DNA of 64,000 bases from Auanema rhodensis. Lineage: Eukaryota; Animalia; Nematoda. The stretch is taken from assembly GCA_964057225.1 (NCBI GenBank), contig OZ059895.1, positions 4,340,001 to 4,404,000 of the forward strand. The letters run 5' to 3'. Shown here piece after piece: positions 35,201 to 50,200 of this stretch. Both the position numbers and the translations under genes were made by a program. The notes under the pieces were generated by a model. That model was not told the origin of the DNA. It did no database searches and saw nothing but the letters and a program-made list of their open reading frames with translations. Every line of letters starts with the position of its first letter. Position 1 is the stretch's first letter.

Positions 35201-38200
35201 ACTATACTTCATTGAGAAACGCTTAATACAAAAATTAGTTATGATCGTTTGAAAAATGATGCATTAGTGTATGTTGAGTTTCCATGTACACTCAAAATTG
35301 CTTCCAAAAACATTTTGACAAAAATTTTTTCGAAAAATTTCAAAATAATTTAGCAAAAAGTAGATGTTTTTAGATTTTTTTTTTTAAGGCAAAGATGATG
35401 GACAATGTTATTCAACGAAAAAATTAATTCTTCAGGGTGAAAATCGAGGATATAAGTGTGAACTTATATCAGTTGATATCTCGGTGCATTTTTAAGCTAG
35501 CGCAAATCTGATAACACAGATCGACGCAGCTTAAAAATCCGCATCGAATGCACTATACTACATTGAGAAACGCTTAATACAAAAATTAGTTATGATCGTT
35601 TGAAAAATGATGCATTAGTGTATGTTGAGTTTCCATGTACACTCAACATTGCTTCCAAAAACATTTTGACAAAAATTTTTTCGAAAAATTTCAAAATAAT
35701 TTAGCAAAAAGTAGATGTTTTTAGATTCCTTTTTTTGAGGCAAAAATGATGGACAATGTTATTAAACGAAAAAATTAATTCTTCAGGGTGAAAATCGAGG
35801 ATATAAGTGTGAACTTATATCAGTTGATATCTCGGTGCATTTTTAAGCTAGCGCAAATCTGATAACACAGATCGACGCAGCTTAAAAATCCGCATCGAAT
35901 GCACTATACTACATTGAGAAACGCTTAATACAAAAATTAGTTATGATCGTTTGAAAAATGATGCATTAGTGTATGTTGAGTTTCCATGTACACTCAACAT
36001 TGCTTCCAAAAACATTTTGACAAAAATTTTTTCGAAAAATTTCAAAATAATTTAGCAAAAAGTAGATGTTTTTAGATTCCTTTTTTTAAGGCAAAAATGA
36101 TGGACAATGTTATTAAACGAAAAAATTAATTCTTCAGGGTGAAAATCGAGGATATAAGTGTGAACTTATATCAGTTGATATCTCGGTGCATTTTTAAGCT
36201 AGCGCAAATCTGATAACACAGATCGACGCAGCTTAAAAATCCGCATCGAATGCACTATACTACATTGAGAAACGCTTAATACAAAAATTAGTTATGATCG
36301 TTTGAAAAATGATGCATTAGTGTATGTTGAGTTTCCATGTACACTCAACATTGCTTCCAAAAACATTTTGACAAAAATTTTTTCGAAAAATTTCAAAATA
36401 ATTTAGCAAAAAGTAGATGTTTTTAGATTTCTTTTTTTAAGGCAAAAATGATGGACAATGTTATTAAACGAAAAAATTAATTCTTCAGGGTGAAAATCGA
36501 GGATATAAGTGTGAACTTATATCAGTTGATATCTCGGTGCATTTTCAAGCTAGCGCAAATCTGATAACACAGATCGACGCAGCTTAAAAATCCGCATCGA
36601 ATGCACTATACTACATTGAGAAACGCTTAATACAAAAATTAGTTATGATCGTTTGAAAAATGATGCATTAGTGTATGTTGAGTTTCCATGTACACTCAAC
36701 ATTGCTTCCAAAAACATTTTGACAAAAATTTTTTCGAAAAATTTCAAAATAATTTAGCAAAAAGTAGATGTTTTTAGATTTTTTTTTTTAAGGCAAAGAT
36801 GATGGACAATGTTATTCAACGAAAAAATTAATTCTTCAGGGTGAAAATCGAGGATATAAGTGTGAACTTATATCAGTTGATATCTCATTGCATTTTCAAG
36901 CTAGCGCAAATCTGATAACACAGATCGACGCAGCTTAAAAATCCGCATCGAATGCACTATACTACATTGAGAAACACTTAATACAAAAATTAGTTATGAT
37001 CGTTTGAAAAATGATGCATTAGTGTATGTTGAGTTTCCATGTACACTCAACATTGCTTCCAAAAACATTTTGACAAAAATTTTTTTCGAAAAATTTCAAA
37101 ATAATTTAGCAAAAAGTAGATGTTTTTAGATTCCTTTTTTTGAGGCAAAGATGATGGACAATGTTATTCAACGAAAAAATTAATTCTTCAGGGTGAAAAT
37201 CGAGGATATAAGTGTGAACTTATATCAGTTGATATCTCGGTGCATTTTTAAGCTAGCGCAAATCTGATAACACAGATCGACGCAGCTTAAAAATCCGCAT
37301 CGAATGCACTATACTACATTGAGAAACGCTTAATACAAAAATTAGTTATGATCGTTTGAAAAATGATGCATTAGTGTATGTTGAGTTTCCATGTACACTC
37401 AACATTGCTTCCAAAAACATTTTGACAAAAATTTTTTCGAAAAATTTCAAAATAATTTAGCAAAAAGTAGATGTTTTTAGATTCCTTTTTTTAAGGCAAA
37501 AATGATGGACAATGTTATTAAACGAAAAAATTAATTCTTCAGGGTGAAAATCGAGGATATAAGTGTGAACTTATATCAGTTGATATCTCGTTGCATTTTC
37601 AAGCTAGCGCAAATCTGATAACACAGATCGACGCAGCTTAAAAATCCGCATCGAATGCACTATACTTCATTGAGAAACGCTTAATACAAAAATTAGTTAT
37701 GATCGTTTGAAAAATGATGCATTAGTGTATGTTGAGTTTCCATGTACACTCAAAATTGCTTCCAAAAACATTTTGACAAAAATTTTTTCGAAAAATTTCA
37801 AAATAATTTAGCAAAAAGTAGATGTTTTTAGATTCCTTTTTTTAAGGCAAAGATGATGGACAATGTTATTCAACGAAAAAATTAATTCTTCAGGGTGAAA
37901 ATCGAGGATATAAGTGTGAACTTATATCAGTTGATATCTCGTTGCATTTTCAAGCTAGCGCAAATCTGATAACACAGATCGACGCAGCTTAAAAATCCGC
38001 ATCGAATGCACTATACTACATTGAGAAACGCTTAATACAAAAATTAGTTATGATCGTTTGAAAAATGATGCATTAGTGTATGTTGAGTTTCCATGTACAC
38101 TCAACATTGCTTCCAAAAACATTTTGACAAAAATTTTTTCGAAAAATTTCAAAATAATTTAGCAAAAAGTAGATGTTTTTAGATTCCTTTTTTTAAGGCA

Positions 38201-41200
38201 AAGATGATGGACAATGTTATTCAACGAAAAAATTAATTCTTCAGGGTGAAAATCGAGGATATAAGTGTGAACTTATATCAGTTGATATCTCGTTGCATTT
38301 TCAAGCTAGCGCAAATCTGATAACACAGATCGACGCAGCTTAAAAATCCGCATCGAATGCACTATACTTCATTGAGAAACGCTTAATACAAAAATTAGTT
38401 ATGATCGTTTGAAAAATGATGCATTAGTGTATGTTGAGTTTCCATGTACACTCAAAATTGCTTCCAAAAACATTTTGACAAAAATTTTTTCGAAAAATTT
38501 CAAAATAATTTAGCAAAAAGTAGATGTTTTTAGATTTTTTTTTTTAAGGCAAAGATGATGGACAATGTTATTCAACGAAAAAATTAATTCTTCAGGGTGA
38601 AAATCGAGGATATAAGTGTGAACTTATATCAGTTGATATCTCGGTGCATTTTTAAGCTAGCGCAAATCTGATAACACAGATCGACGCAGCTTAAAAATCC
38701 GCATCGAATGCACTATACTACATTGAGAAACGCTTAATACAAAAATTAGTTATGATCGTTTGAAAAATGATGCATTAGTGTATGTTGAGTTTCCATGTAC
38801 ACTCAACATTGCTTCCAAAAACATTTTGACAAAAATTTTTTCGAAAAATTTCAAAATAATTTAGCAAAAAGTAGATGTTTTTAGATTCCTTTTTTTGAGG
38901 CAAAAATGATGGACAATGTTATTAAACGAAAAAATTAATTCTTCAGGGTGAAAATCGAGGATATAAGTGTGAACTTATATCAGTTGATATCTCGGTGCAT
39001 TTTTAAGCTAGCGCAAATCTGATAACACAGATCGACGCAGCTTAAAAATCCGCATCGAATGCACTATACTACATTGAGAAACGCTTAATACAAAAATTAG
39101 TTATGATCGTTTGAAAAATGATGCATTAGTGTATGTTGAGTTTCCATGTACACTCAACATTGCTTCCAAAAACATTTTGACAAAAATTTTTTCGAAAAAT
39201 TTCAAAATAATTTAGCAAAAAGTAGATGTTTTTAGATTCCTTTTTTTAAGGCAAAAATGATGGACAATGTTATTAAACGAAAAAATTAATTCTTCAGGGT
39301 GAAAATCGAGGATATAAGTGTGAACTTATATCAGTTGATATCTCGGTGCATTTTTAAGCTAGCGCAAATCTGATAACACAGATCGACGCAGCTTAAAAAT
39401 CCGCATCGAATGCACTATACTACATTGAGAAACGCTTAATACAAAAATTAGTTATGATCGTTTGAAAAATGATGCATTAGTGTATGTTGAGTTTCCATGT
39501 ACACTCAACATTGCTTCCAAAAACATTTTGACAAAAATTTTTTCGAAAAATTTCAAAATAATTTAGCAAAAAGTAGATGTTTTTAGATTTCTTTTTTTAA
39601 GGCAAAAATGATGGACAATGTTATTAAACGAAAAAATTAATTCTTCAGGGTGAAAATCGAGGATATAAGTGTGAACTTATATCAGTTGATATCTCGGTGC
39701 ATTTTCAAGCTAGCGCAAATCTGATAACACAGATCGACGCAGCTTAAAAATCCGCATCGAATGCACTATACTACATTGAGAAACGCTTAATACAAAAATT
39801 AGTTATGATCGTTTGAAAAATGATGCATTAGTGTATGTTGAGTTTCCATGTACACTCAACATTGCTTCCAAAAACATTTTGACAAAAATTTTTTCGAAAA
39901 ATTTCAAAATAATTTAGCAAAAAGTAGATGTTTTTAGATTTTTTTTTTTAAGGCAAAGATGATGGACAATGTTATTCAACGAAAAAATTAATTCTTCAGG
40001 GTGAAAATCGAGGATATAAGTGTGAACTTATATCAGTTGATATCTCATTGCATTTTCAAGCTAGCGCAAATCTGATAACACAGATCGACGCAGCTTAAAA
40101 ATCCGCATCGAATGCACTATACTACATTGAGAAACGCTTAATACAAAAATTAGTTATGATCGTTTGAAAAATGATGCATTAGTGTATGTTGAGTTTCCAT
40201 GTACACTCAACATTGCTTCCAAAAACATTTTGACAAAAATTTTTTCGAAAAATTTCAAAATAATTTAGCAAAAAGTAGATGTTTTTAGATTCCTTTTTTT
40301 AAGGCAAAAATGATGGACAATGTTATTAAACGAAAAAATTAATTCTTCAGGGTGAAAATCGAGGATATAAGTGTGAACTTATATCAGTTGATATCTCGGT
40401 GCATTTTTAAGCTAGCGCAAATCTGATAACACAGATCGACGCAGCTTAAAAATCCGCATCGAATGCACTATACTACATTGAGAAACGCTTAATACAAAAA
40501 TTAGTTATGATCGTTTGAAAAATGATGCATTAGTGTATGTTGAGTTTCCATGTACACTCAACATTGCTTCCAAAAACATTTTGACAAAAATTTTTTCGAA
40601 AAATTTCCAAATAATTTAGCAAAAAGTAGATGTTTTTAGATTCCTTTTTTTAAGGCAAAAATGATGGACAATGTTATTAAACGAAAAAATTAATTCTTCA
40701 GGGTGAAAATCGAGGATATAAGTGTGAACTTATATCAGTTGATATCTCGGTGCATTTTTAAGCTAGCGCAAATCTGATAACACAGATCGACGCAGCTTAA
40801 AAATCCGCATCGAATGCACTATACTACATTGAGAAACGCTTAATACAAAAATTAGTTATGATCGTTTGAAAAATGATGCATTAGTGTATGTTGAGTTTCC
40901 ATGTACACTCAACATTGCTTCCAAAAACATTTTGACAAAAATTTTTTCGAAAAATTTCAAAATAATTTAGCAAAAAGTAGATGTTTTTAGATTTTTTTTT
41001 TTAAGGCAAAGATGATGGACAATGTTATTTAACGAAAAAATTAATTCTTCAGGGTGAAAATCGAGGATATAAGTGTGAACTTATATCAGTTGATATCTCG
41101 TTGCATTTTCAAGCTAGCGCAAATCTGATAACACAGATCGACGCAGCTTAAAAATCCGCATCGAATGCACTATACTACATTGAGAAACGCTTAATACAAA

Positions 41201-44200
41201 AATTAGTTATGATCGTTTGAAAAATGATGCATTAGTGTATGTTGAGTTTCCATGTACACTCAACATTGCTTCCAAAAACATTTTGACAAAAATTTTTTCG
41301 AAAAATTTCAAAATAATTTAGCAAAAAGTAGATGTTTTTAGATTCCTTTTTTTAAGGCAAAGATGATGGACAATGTTATTCAACGAAAAAATTAATTCTT
41401 CAGGGTGAAAATCGAGGATATAAGTGTGAACTTATATCAGTTGATATCTCGTTGCATTTTCAAGCTAGCGCAAATCTGATAACACAGATCGACGCAGCTT
41501 AAAAATCCGCATCGAATGCACTATACTTCATTGAGAAACGCTTAATACAAAAATTAGTTATGATCGTTTGAAAAATGATGCATTAGTGTATGTTGAGTTT
41601 CCATGTACACTCAAAATTGCTTCCAAAAACATTTTGACAAAAATTTTTTCGAAAAATTTCAAAATAATTTAGCAAAAAGTAGATGTTTTTAGATTTTTTT
41701 TTTTAAGGCAAAGATGATGGACAATGTTATTCAACGAAAAAATTAATTCTTCAGGGTGAAAATCGAGGATATAAGTGTGAACTTATATCAGTTGATATCT
41801 CGGTGCATTTTTAAGCTAGCGCAAATCTGATAACACAGATCGACGCAGCTTAAAAATCCGCATCGAATGCACTATACTACATTGAGAAACGCTTAATACA
41901 AAAATTAGTTATGATCGTTTGAAAAATGATGCATTAGTGTATGTTGAGTTTCCATGTACACTCAACATTGCTTCCAAAAACATTTTGACAAAAATTTTTT
42001 CGAAAAATTTCAAAATAATTTAGCAAAAAGTAGATGTTTTTAGATTCCTTTTTTTGAGGCAAAAATGATGGACAATGTTATTAAACGAAAAAATTAATTC
42101 TTCAGGGTGAAAATCGAGGATATAAGTGTGAACTTATATCAGTTGATATCTCGGTGCATTTTTAAGCTAGCGCAAATCTGATAACACAGATCGACGCAGC
42201 TTAAAAATCCGCATCGAATGCACTATACTACATTGAGAAACGCTTAATACAAAAATTAGTTATGATCGTTTGAAAAATGATGCATTAGTGTATGTTGAGT
42301 TTCCATGTACACTCAACATTGCTTCCAAAAACATTTTGACAAAAATTTTTTCGAAAAATTTCAAAATAATTTAGCAAAAAGTAGATGTTTTTAGATTCCT
42401 TTTTTTAAGGCAAAAATGATGGACAATGTTATTAAACGAAAAAATTAATTCTTCAGGGTGAAAATCGAGGATATAAGTGTGAACTTATATCAGTTGATAT
42501 CTCGGTGCATTTTTAAGCTAGCGCAAATCTGATAACACAGATCGACGCAGCTTAAAAATCCGCATCGAATGCACTATACTACATTGAGAAACGCTTAATA
42601 CAAAAATTAGTTATGATCGTTTGAAAAATGATGCATTAGTGTATGTTGAGTTTCCATGTACACTCAACATTGCTTCCAAAAACATTTTGACAAAAATTTT
42701 TTCGAAAAATTTCAAAATAATTTAGCAAAAAGTAGATGTTTTTAGATTCCTTTTTTTAAGGCAAAAATGATGGACAATGTTATTAAACGAAAAAATTAAT
42801 TCTTCAGGGTGAAAATCGAGGATATAAGTGTGAACTTATATCAGTTGATATCTCGGTGCATTTTTAAGCTAGCGCAAATCTGATAACACAGATCGACGCA
42901 GCTTAAAAATCCGCATCGAATGCACTATACTACATTGAGAAACGCTTAATACAAAAATTAGTTATGATCGTTTGAAAAATGATGCATTAGTGTATGTTGA
43001 GTTTCCATGTACACTCAACATTGCTTCCAAAAACATTTTGACAAAAATTTTTTCGAAAAATTTCAAAAAAATTTAGCAAAAAGTAGATGTTTTTAGATTC
43101 CTTTTTTTAAGGCAAAAATGATGGACAATGTTATTAAACGAAAAAATTAATTCTTCAGGGTGAAAATCGAGGATATAAGTGTGAACTTATATCAGTTGAT
43201 ATCTCGGTGCATTTTTAAGCTAGCGCAAATCTGATAACACAGATCGACGCAGCTTAAAAATCCGCATCGAATGCACTATACTACATTGAGAAACGCTTAA
43301 TACAAAAATTAGTTATGATCGTTTGAAAAATGATGCATTAGTGTATGTTGAGTTTCCATGTACACTCAACATTGCTTCCAAAAACATTTTGACAAAAATT
43401 TTTTCGAAAAATTTCAAAATAATTTAGCAAAAAGTAGATGTTTTTAGATTCCTTTTTTTAATGCAAAAATGATGGACAATGTTATTAAACGAAAAAATTA
43501 ATTCTTCAGGGTGAAAATCGAGGATATAAGTGTGAACTTATATCAGTTGATATCTCGGTGCATTTTTAAGCTAGCGCAAATCTGATAACACAGATCGACG
43601 CAGCTTAAAAATCCGCATCGAATGCACTATACTACATTGAGAAACGCTTAATACAAAAATTAGTTATGATCGTTTGAAAAATGATGCATTAGTGTATGTT
43701 GAGTTTCCATGTACACTCAACATTGCTTCCAAAAACATTTTGACAAAAATTTTTTCGAAAAATTTCAAAATAATTTAGCAAAAAGTAGATGTTTTTAGAT
43801 TCCTTTTTTTAAGGCAAAAATGATGGACAATGTTATTAAACGAAAAAATTAATTCTTCAGGGTGAAAATCGAGGATATAAGTGTGAACTTATATCAGTTG
43901 ATATCTCGGTGCATTTTCAAGCTAGCGCAAATCTGATAACACAGATCGACGCAGCTTAAAAATCCGCATCGAATGCACTATACTACATTGAGAAACGCTT
44001 AATACAAAAATTAGTTATGATCGTTTGAAAAATGATGCATTAGTGTATGTTGAGTTTCCATGTACACTCAACATTGCTTCCAAAAACATTTTGACAAAAA
44101 TTTTTTCGAAAAATTTCAAAATAATTTAGCAAAAAGTAGATGTTTTTAGATTCCTTTTTTTAAGGCAAAAATGATGGACAATGTTATTAAACGAAAAAAT

Positions 44201-47200
44201 TAATTCTTCAGGGTGAAAATCGAGGATATAAGTGTGAACTTATATCAGTTGATATCTCGGTGCATTTTTAAGCTAGCGCAAATCTGATAACACAGATCGA
44301 CGCAGCTTAAAAATCCGCATCGAATGCACTATACTACATTGAGAAACGCTTAATACAAAAATTAGTTATGATCGTTTGAAAAATGATGCATTAGTGTATG
44401 TTGAGTTTCCATGTACACTCAACATTGCTTCCAAAAACATTTTGACAAAAATTTTTTCGAAAAATTTCAAAATAATTTAGCAAAAAGTAGATGTTTTTAG
44501 ATTCCTTTTTTTAAGGCAAAAATGATGGACAATGTTATTAAACGAAAAAATTAATTCTTCAGGGTGAAAATCGAGGATATAAGTGTGAACTTATATCAGT
44601 TGATATCTCGGTGCATTTTTAAGCTAGCGCAAATCTGATAACACAGATCGACGCAGCTTAAAAATCCGCATCGAATGCACTATACTACATTGAGAAACGC
44701 TTAATACAAAAATTAGTTATGATCGTTTGAAAAATGATGCATTAGTGTATGTTGAGTTTCCATGTACACTCAACATTGCTTCCAAAAACATTTTGACAAA
44801 AATTTTTTCGAAAAATTTCAAAATAATTTAGCAAAAAGTAGATGTTTTTAGATTCCTTTTTTTAAGGCAAAAATGATGGACAATGTTATTAAACGAAAAA
44901 ATTAATTCTTCAGGGTGAAAATCGAGGATATAAGTGTGAACTTATATCAGTTGATATCTCGGTGCATTTTCAAGCTAGCGCAAATCTGATAACACAGATC
45001 GACGCAGCTTAAAAATCCGCATCGAATGCACTATACTACATTGAGAAACGCTTAATACAAAAATTAGTTATGATCGTTTGAAAAATGATGCATTAGTGTA
45101 TGTTGAGTTTCCATGTACACTCAACATTGCTTCCAAAAACATTTTGACAAAAATTTTTTCGAAAAATTTCAAAATAATTTAGCAAAAAGTAGATGTTTTT
45201 AGATTCCTTTTTTTAAGGCAAAAATGATGGACAATGTTATTAAACGAAAAAATTAATTCTTCAGGGTGAAAATCGAGGATATAAGTGTGAACTTATATCA
45301 GTTGATATCTCGGTGCATTTTTAAGCTAGCGCAAATCTGATAACACAGATCGACGCAGCTTAAAAATCCGCATCGAATGCACTATACTACATTGAGAAAC
45401 GCTTAATACAAAAATTAGTTATGATCGTTTGAAAAATGATGCATTAGTGTATGTTGAGTTTCCATGTACACTCAACATTGCTTCCAAAAACATTTTGACA
45501 AAAATTTTTTCGAAAAATTTCAAAATAATTTAGCAAAAAGTAGATGTTTTTAGATTCCTTTTTTTAAGGCAAAAATGATAGACAATGTTATTAAACGAAA
45601 AAATTAATTCTTCAGGGTGAAAATCGAGGATATAAGTGTGAACTTATATCAGTTGATATCTCGGTGCATTTTTAAGCTAGCGCAAATCTGATAACACAGA
45701 TCGACGCAGCTTAAAAATCCGCATCGAATGCACTATACTACATTGAGAAACGCTTAATACAAAAATTAGTTATGATCGTTTGAAAAATGATGCATTAGTG
45801 TATGTTGAGTTTCCATGTACACTCAACATTGCTTCCAAAAACATTTTGACAAAAATTTTTTCGAAAAATTTCAAAATAATTTAGCAAAAAGTAGATGTTT
45901 TTAGATTCCTTTTTTTAAGGCAAAAATGATGGACAATGTTATTAAACGAAAAAATTAATTCTTCAGGGTGAAAATCGAGGATATAAGTGTGAACTTATAT
46001 CAGTTGATATCTCGGTGCATTTTTAAGCTAGCGCAAATCTGATAACACAGATCGACGCAGCTTAAAAATCCGCATCGAATGCACTATACTACATTGAGAA
46101 ACGCTTAATACAAAAATTAGTTATGATCGTTTGAAAAATGATGCATTAGTGTATGTTGAGTTTCCATGTACACTCAACATTGCTTCCAAAAACATTTTGA
46201 CAAAAATTTTTTCGAAAAATTTCAAAATAATTTAGCAAAAAGTAGATGTTTTTAGATTCCTTTTTTTAAGGCAAAAATGATGGACAATGTTATTAAACGA
46301 AAAAATTAATTCTTCAGGGTGAAAATCGAGGATATAAGTGTGAACTTATATCAGTTGATATCTCGGTGCATTTTTAAGCTAGCGCAAATCTGATAACACA
46401 GATCGACGCAGCTTAAAAATCCGCATCGAATGCACTATACTACATTGAGAAACGCTTAATACAAAAATTAGTTATGATCGTTTGAAAAATGATGCATTAG
46501 TGTATGTTGAGTTTCCATGTACACTCAACATTGCTTCCAAAAACATTTTGACAAAAATGTTTTCGAAAAATTTCAAAATAATTTAGCAAAAAGTAGATGT
46601 TTTTAGATTCCTTTTTTTAAGGCAAAAATGATGGACAATGTTATTAAACGAAAAAATTAATTCTTCAGGGTGAAAATCGAGGATATAAGTGTGAACTTAT
46701 ATCAGTTGATATCTCGGTGCATTTTCAAGCTAGCGCAAATCTGATAACACAGATCGACGCAGCTTAAAAATCCGCATCGAATGCACTATACTACATTGAG
46801 AAACGCTCAATACAAAAATTAGTTATGATCGTTTGAAAAATGATGCATTAGTGTATGTTGAGTTTCCATGTACACTCAACATTGCTTCCAAAAACATTTT
46901 GACAAAAATTTTTTCGAAAAATTTCAAAATAATTTAGCAAAAAGTAGATGTTTTTAGATTCCTTTTTTTAAGGCAAAAATGATGGACAATGTTATTAAAC
47001 GAAAAAATTAATTCTTCAGGGTGAAAATCGAGGATATAAGTGTGAACTTATATCAGTTGATATCTCGGTGCATTTTTAAGCTAGCGCAAATCTGATAACA
47101 CAGATCGACGCAGCTTAAAAATCCGCATCGAATGCACTATACTACATTGAGAAACGCTTAATACAAAAATTAGTTATGATCGTTTGAAAAATGATGCATT

Positions 47201-50200
47201 AGTGTATGTTGAGTTTCCATGTACACTCAACATTGCTTCCAAAAACATTTTGACAAAAATTTTTTCGAAAAATTTCAAAATAATTTAGCAAAAAGTAGAT
47301 GTTTTTAGATTCCTTTTTTTAAGGCAAAAATGATGGACAATGTTATTAAACGAAAAAATTAATTCTTCAGGGTGAAAATCGAGGATATAAGTGTGAACTT
47401 ATATCAGTTGATATCTCGGTGCATTTTTAAGCTAGCGCAAATCTGATAACACAGATCGACGCAGCTTAAAAATCCGCATCGAATGCACTATACTACATTG
47501 AGAAACGCTTAATACAAAAATTAGTTATGATCGTTTGAAAAATGATGCATTAGTGTATGTTGAGTTTCCATGTACACTCAACATTGCTTCCAAAAACATT
47601 TTGACAAAAATTTTTTCGAAAAATTTCAAAATAATTTAGCAAAAAGTAGATGTTTTTAGATTCCTTTTTTTGAGGCAAAAATGATGGACAATGTTATTAA
47701 ACGAAAAAATTAATTCTTCAGGGTGAAAATCGAGGATATAAGTGTGAACTTATATCAGTTGATATCTCGGTGCATTTTTAAGCTAGCGCAAATCTGATAA
47801 CACAGATCGACGCAGCTTAAAAATCCGCATCGAATGCACTATACTACATTGAGAAACGCTTAATACAAAAATTAGTTATGATCGTTTGAAAAATGATGCA
47901 TTAGTGTATGTTGAGTTTCCATGTACACTCAACATTGCTTCCAAAAACATTTTGACAAAAATTTTTTCGAAAAATTTCAAAATAATTTAGCAAAAAGTAG
48001 ATGTTTTTAGATTCCTTTTTTTAAGGCAAAAATGATGGACAATGTTATTAAACGAAAAAATTAATTCTTCAGGGTGAAAATCGAGGATATAAGTGTGAAC
48101 TTATATCAGTTGATATCTCGGTGCATTTTTAAGCTAGCGCAAATCTGATAACACAGATCGACGAAGCTTAAAAATCCGCATCGAATGCACTATACTACAT
48201 TGAGAAACGCTTAATACAAAAATTAGTTATGATCGTTTGAAAAATGATGCATTAGTGTATGTTGAGTTTCCATGTACACTCAACATTGCTTCCAAAAACA
48301 TTTTGACAAAAATTTTTTCGAAAAATTTCAAAATAATTTAGCAAAAAGTAGATGTTTTTAGATTCCTTTTTTTAAGGCAAAAATGATGGACAATGTTATT
48401 AAACGAAAAAATTAATTCTTCAGGGTGAAAATCGAGGATATAAGTGTGAACTTATATCAGTTGATATCTCGGTGCATTTTTAAGCTAGCGCAAATCTGAT
48501 AACACAGATCGACGCAGCTTAAAAATCCGCATCGAATGTACTATACTACATTGAGAAACGCTTAATACAAAAATTAGTTATGATCGCTTGAAAAATGATG
48601 CATTAGTGTATGTTGAGTTTCCATGTACACTCAACATTGCTTCCAAAAACATTTTGACAAAAATTTTTTCGAAAAATTTCAAAATAATTTAGCAAAAAGT
48701 AGATGTTTTTAGATTCCTTTTTTTAAGGCAAAGATGATGGACAATGTTATTCAACGAAAAAATTAATTCTTCAGGGTGAAAATCGAGGATATAAGTGTGA
48801 ACTTATATCAGTTGATATCTCGGTGCATTTTTAAGCTAGCGCAAATCTGATAACACAGATCGACGCAGCTTAAAAATCCGCATCGAATGCACTATACTAC
48901 ATTGAGAAACGCTTAATACAAAAATTAGTTATGATCGTTTGAAAAATGATGCATTAGTGTATGTTGAGTTTCCATGTACACTCAACATTGCTTCCAAAAA
49001 CATTTTGACAAAAATTTTTTCGAAAAATTTCAAAATAATTTAGCAAAAAGTAGATGTTTTTAGATTTTTTTTTTTAAGGCAAAGATGATGGACAATGTTA
49101 TTCAACGAAAAAATTAATTCTTCAGGGTGAAAATCGAGGATATAAGTGTGAACTTATATCAGTTGATATCTCGTTGCATTTTCAAGCTAGCGCAAATCTG
49201 ATAACACAGATCGACGCAGCTTAAAAATCCGCATCGAATGCACTATACTACATTGAGAAACACTTAATACAAAAATTAGTTATGATCGTTTGAAAAATGA
49301 TGCATTAGTGTATGTTGAGTTTCCATGTACACTCAACATTGCTTCCAAAAACATTTTGACAAAAATTTTTTCGAAAAATTTCAAAATAATTTAGCAAAAA
49401 GTAGATGTTTTTAGATTCCTTTTTTTAAGGCAAAAATGATGGACAATGTTATTAAACGAAAAAATTAATTCTTCAGGGTGAAAATCGAGGATATAAGTGT
49501 GAACTTATATCAGTTGATATCTCGGTGCATTTTTAAGCTAGCGCAAATCTGATAACACAGATCGACGCAGCTTAAAAATCCGCATCGAATGCACTATACT
49601 ACATTGAGAAACGCTTAATACAAAAATTAGTTATGATCGTTTGAAAAATGATGCATTAGTGTATGTTGAGTTTCCATGTACACTCAACATTGCTTCCAAA
49701 AACATTTTGACAAAAATTTTTTCGAAAAATTTCAAAATAATTTAGCAAAAAGTAGATGTTTTTAGATTCCTTTTTTTAAGGCATAAATGATGGACAATGT
49801 TATTAAACGAAAAAATTAATTCTTCAGGGTGAAAATCGAGGATATAAGTGTGAACTTATATCAGTTGATATCTCGGTGCATTTTTAAGCTAGCGCAAATC
49901 TGATAACACAGATCGACGCAGCTTAAAAATCCGCATCGAATGCACTATACTACATTGAGAAACGCTTAATACAAAAATTAGTTATGATCGTTTGAAAAAT
50001 GATGCATTAGTGTATGTTGAGTTTCCATGTACACTCAACATTGCTTCCAAAAACATTTTGACAAAAATTTTTTCGAAAAATTTCAAAATAATTTAGCAAA
50101 AAGTAGATGTTTTTAGATTCCTTTTTTTGAGGCAAGAATGATGGACAATGTTATTAAACGAAAAAATTAATTCTTCAGGGTGAAAATCGAGGATATAAGT

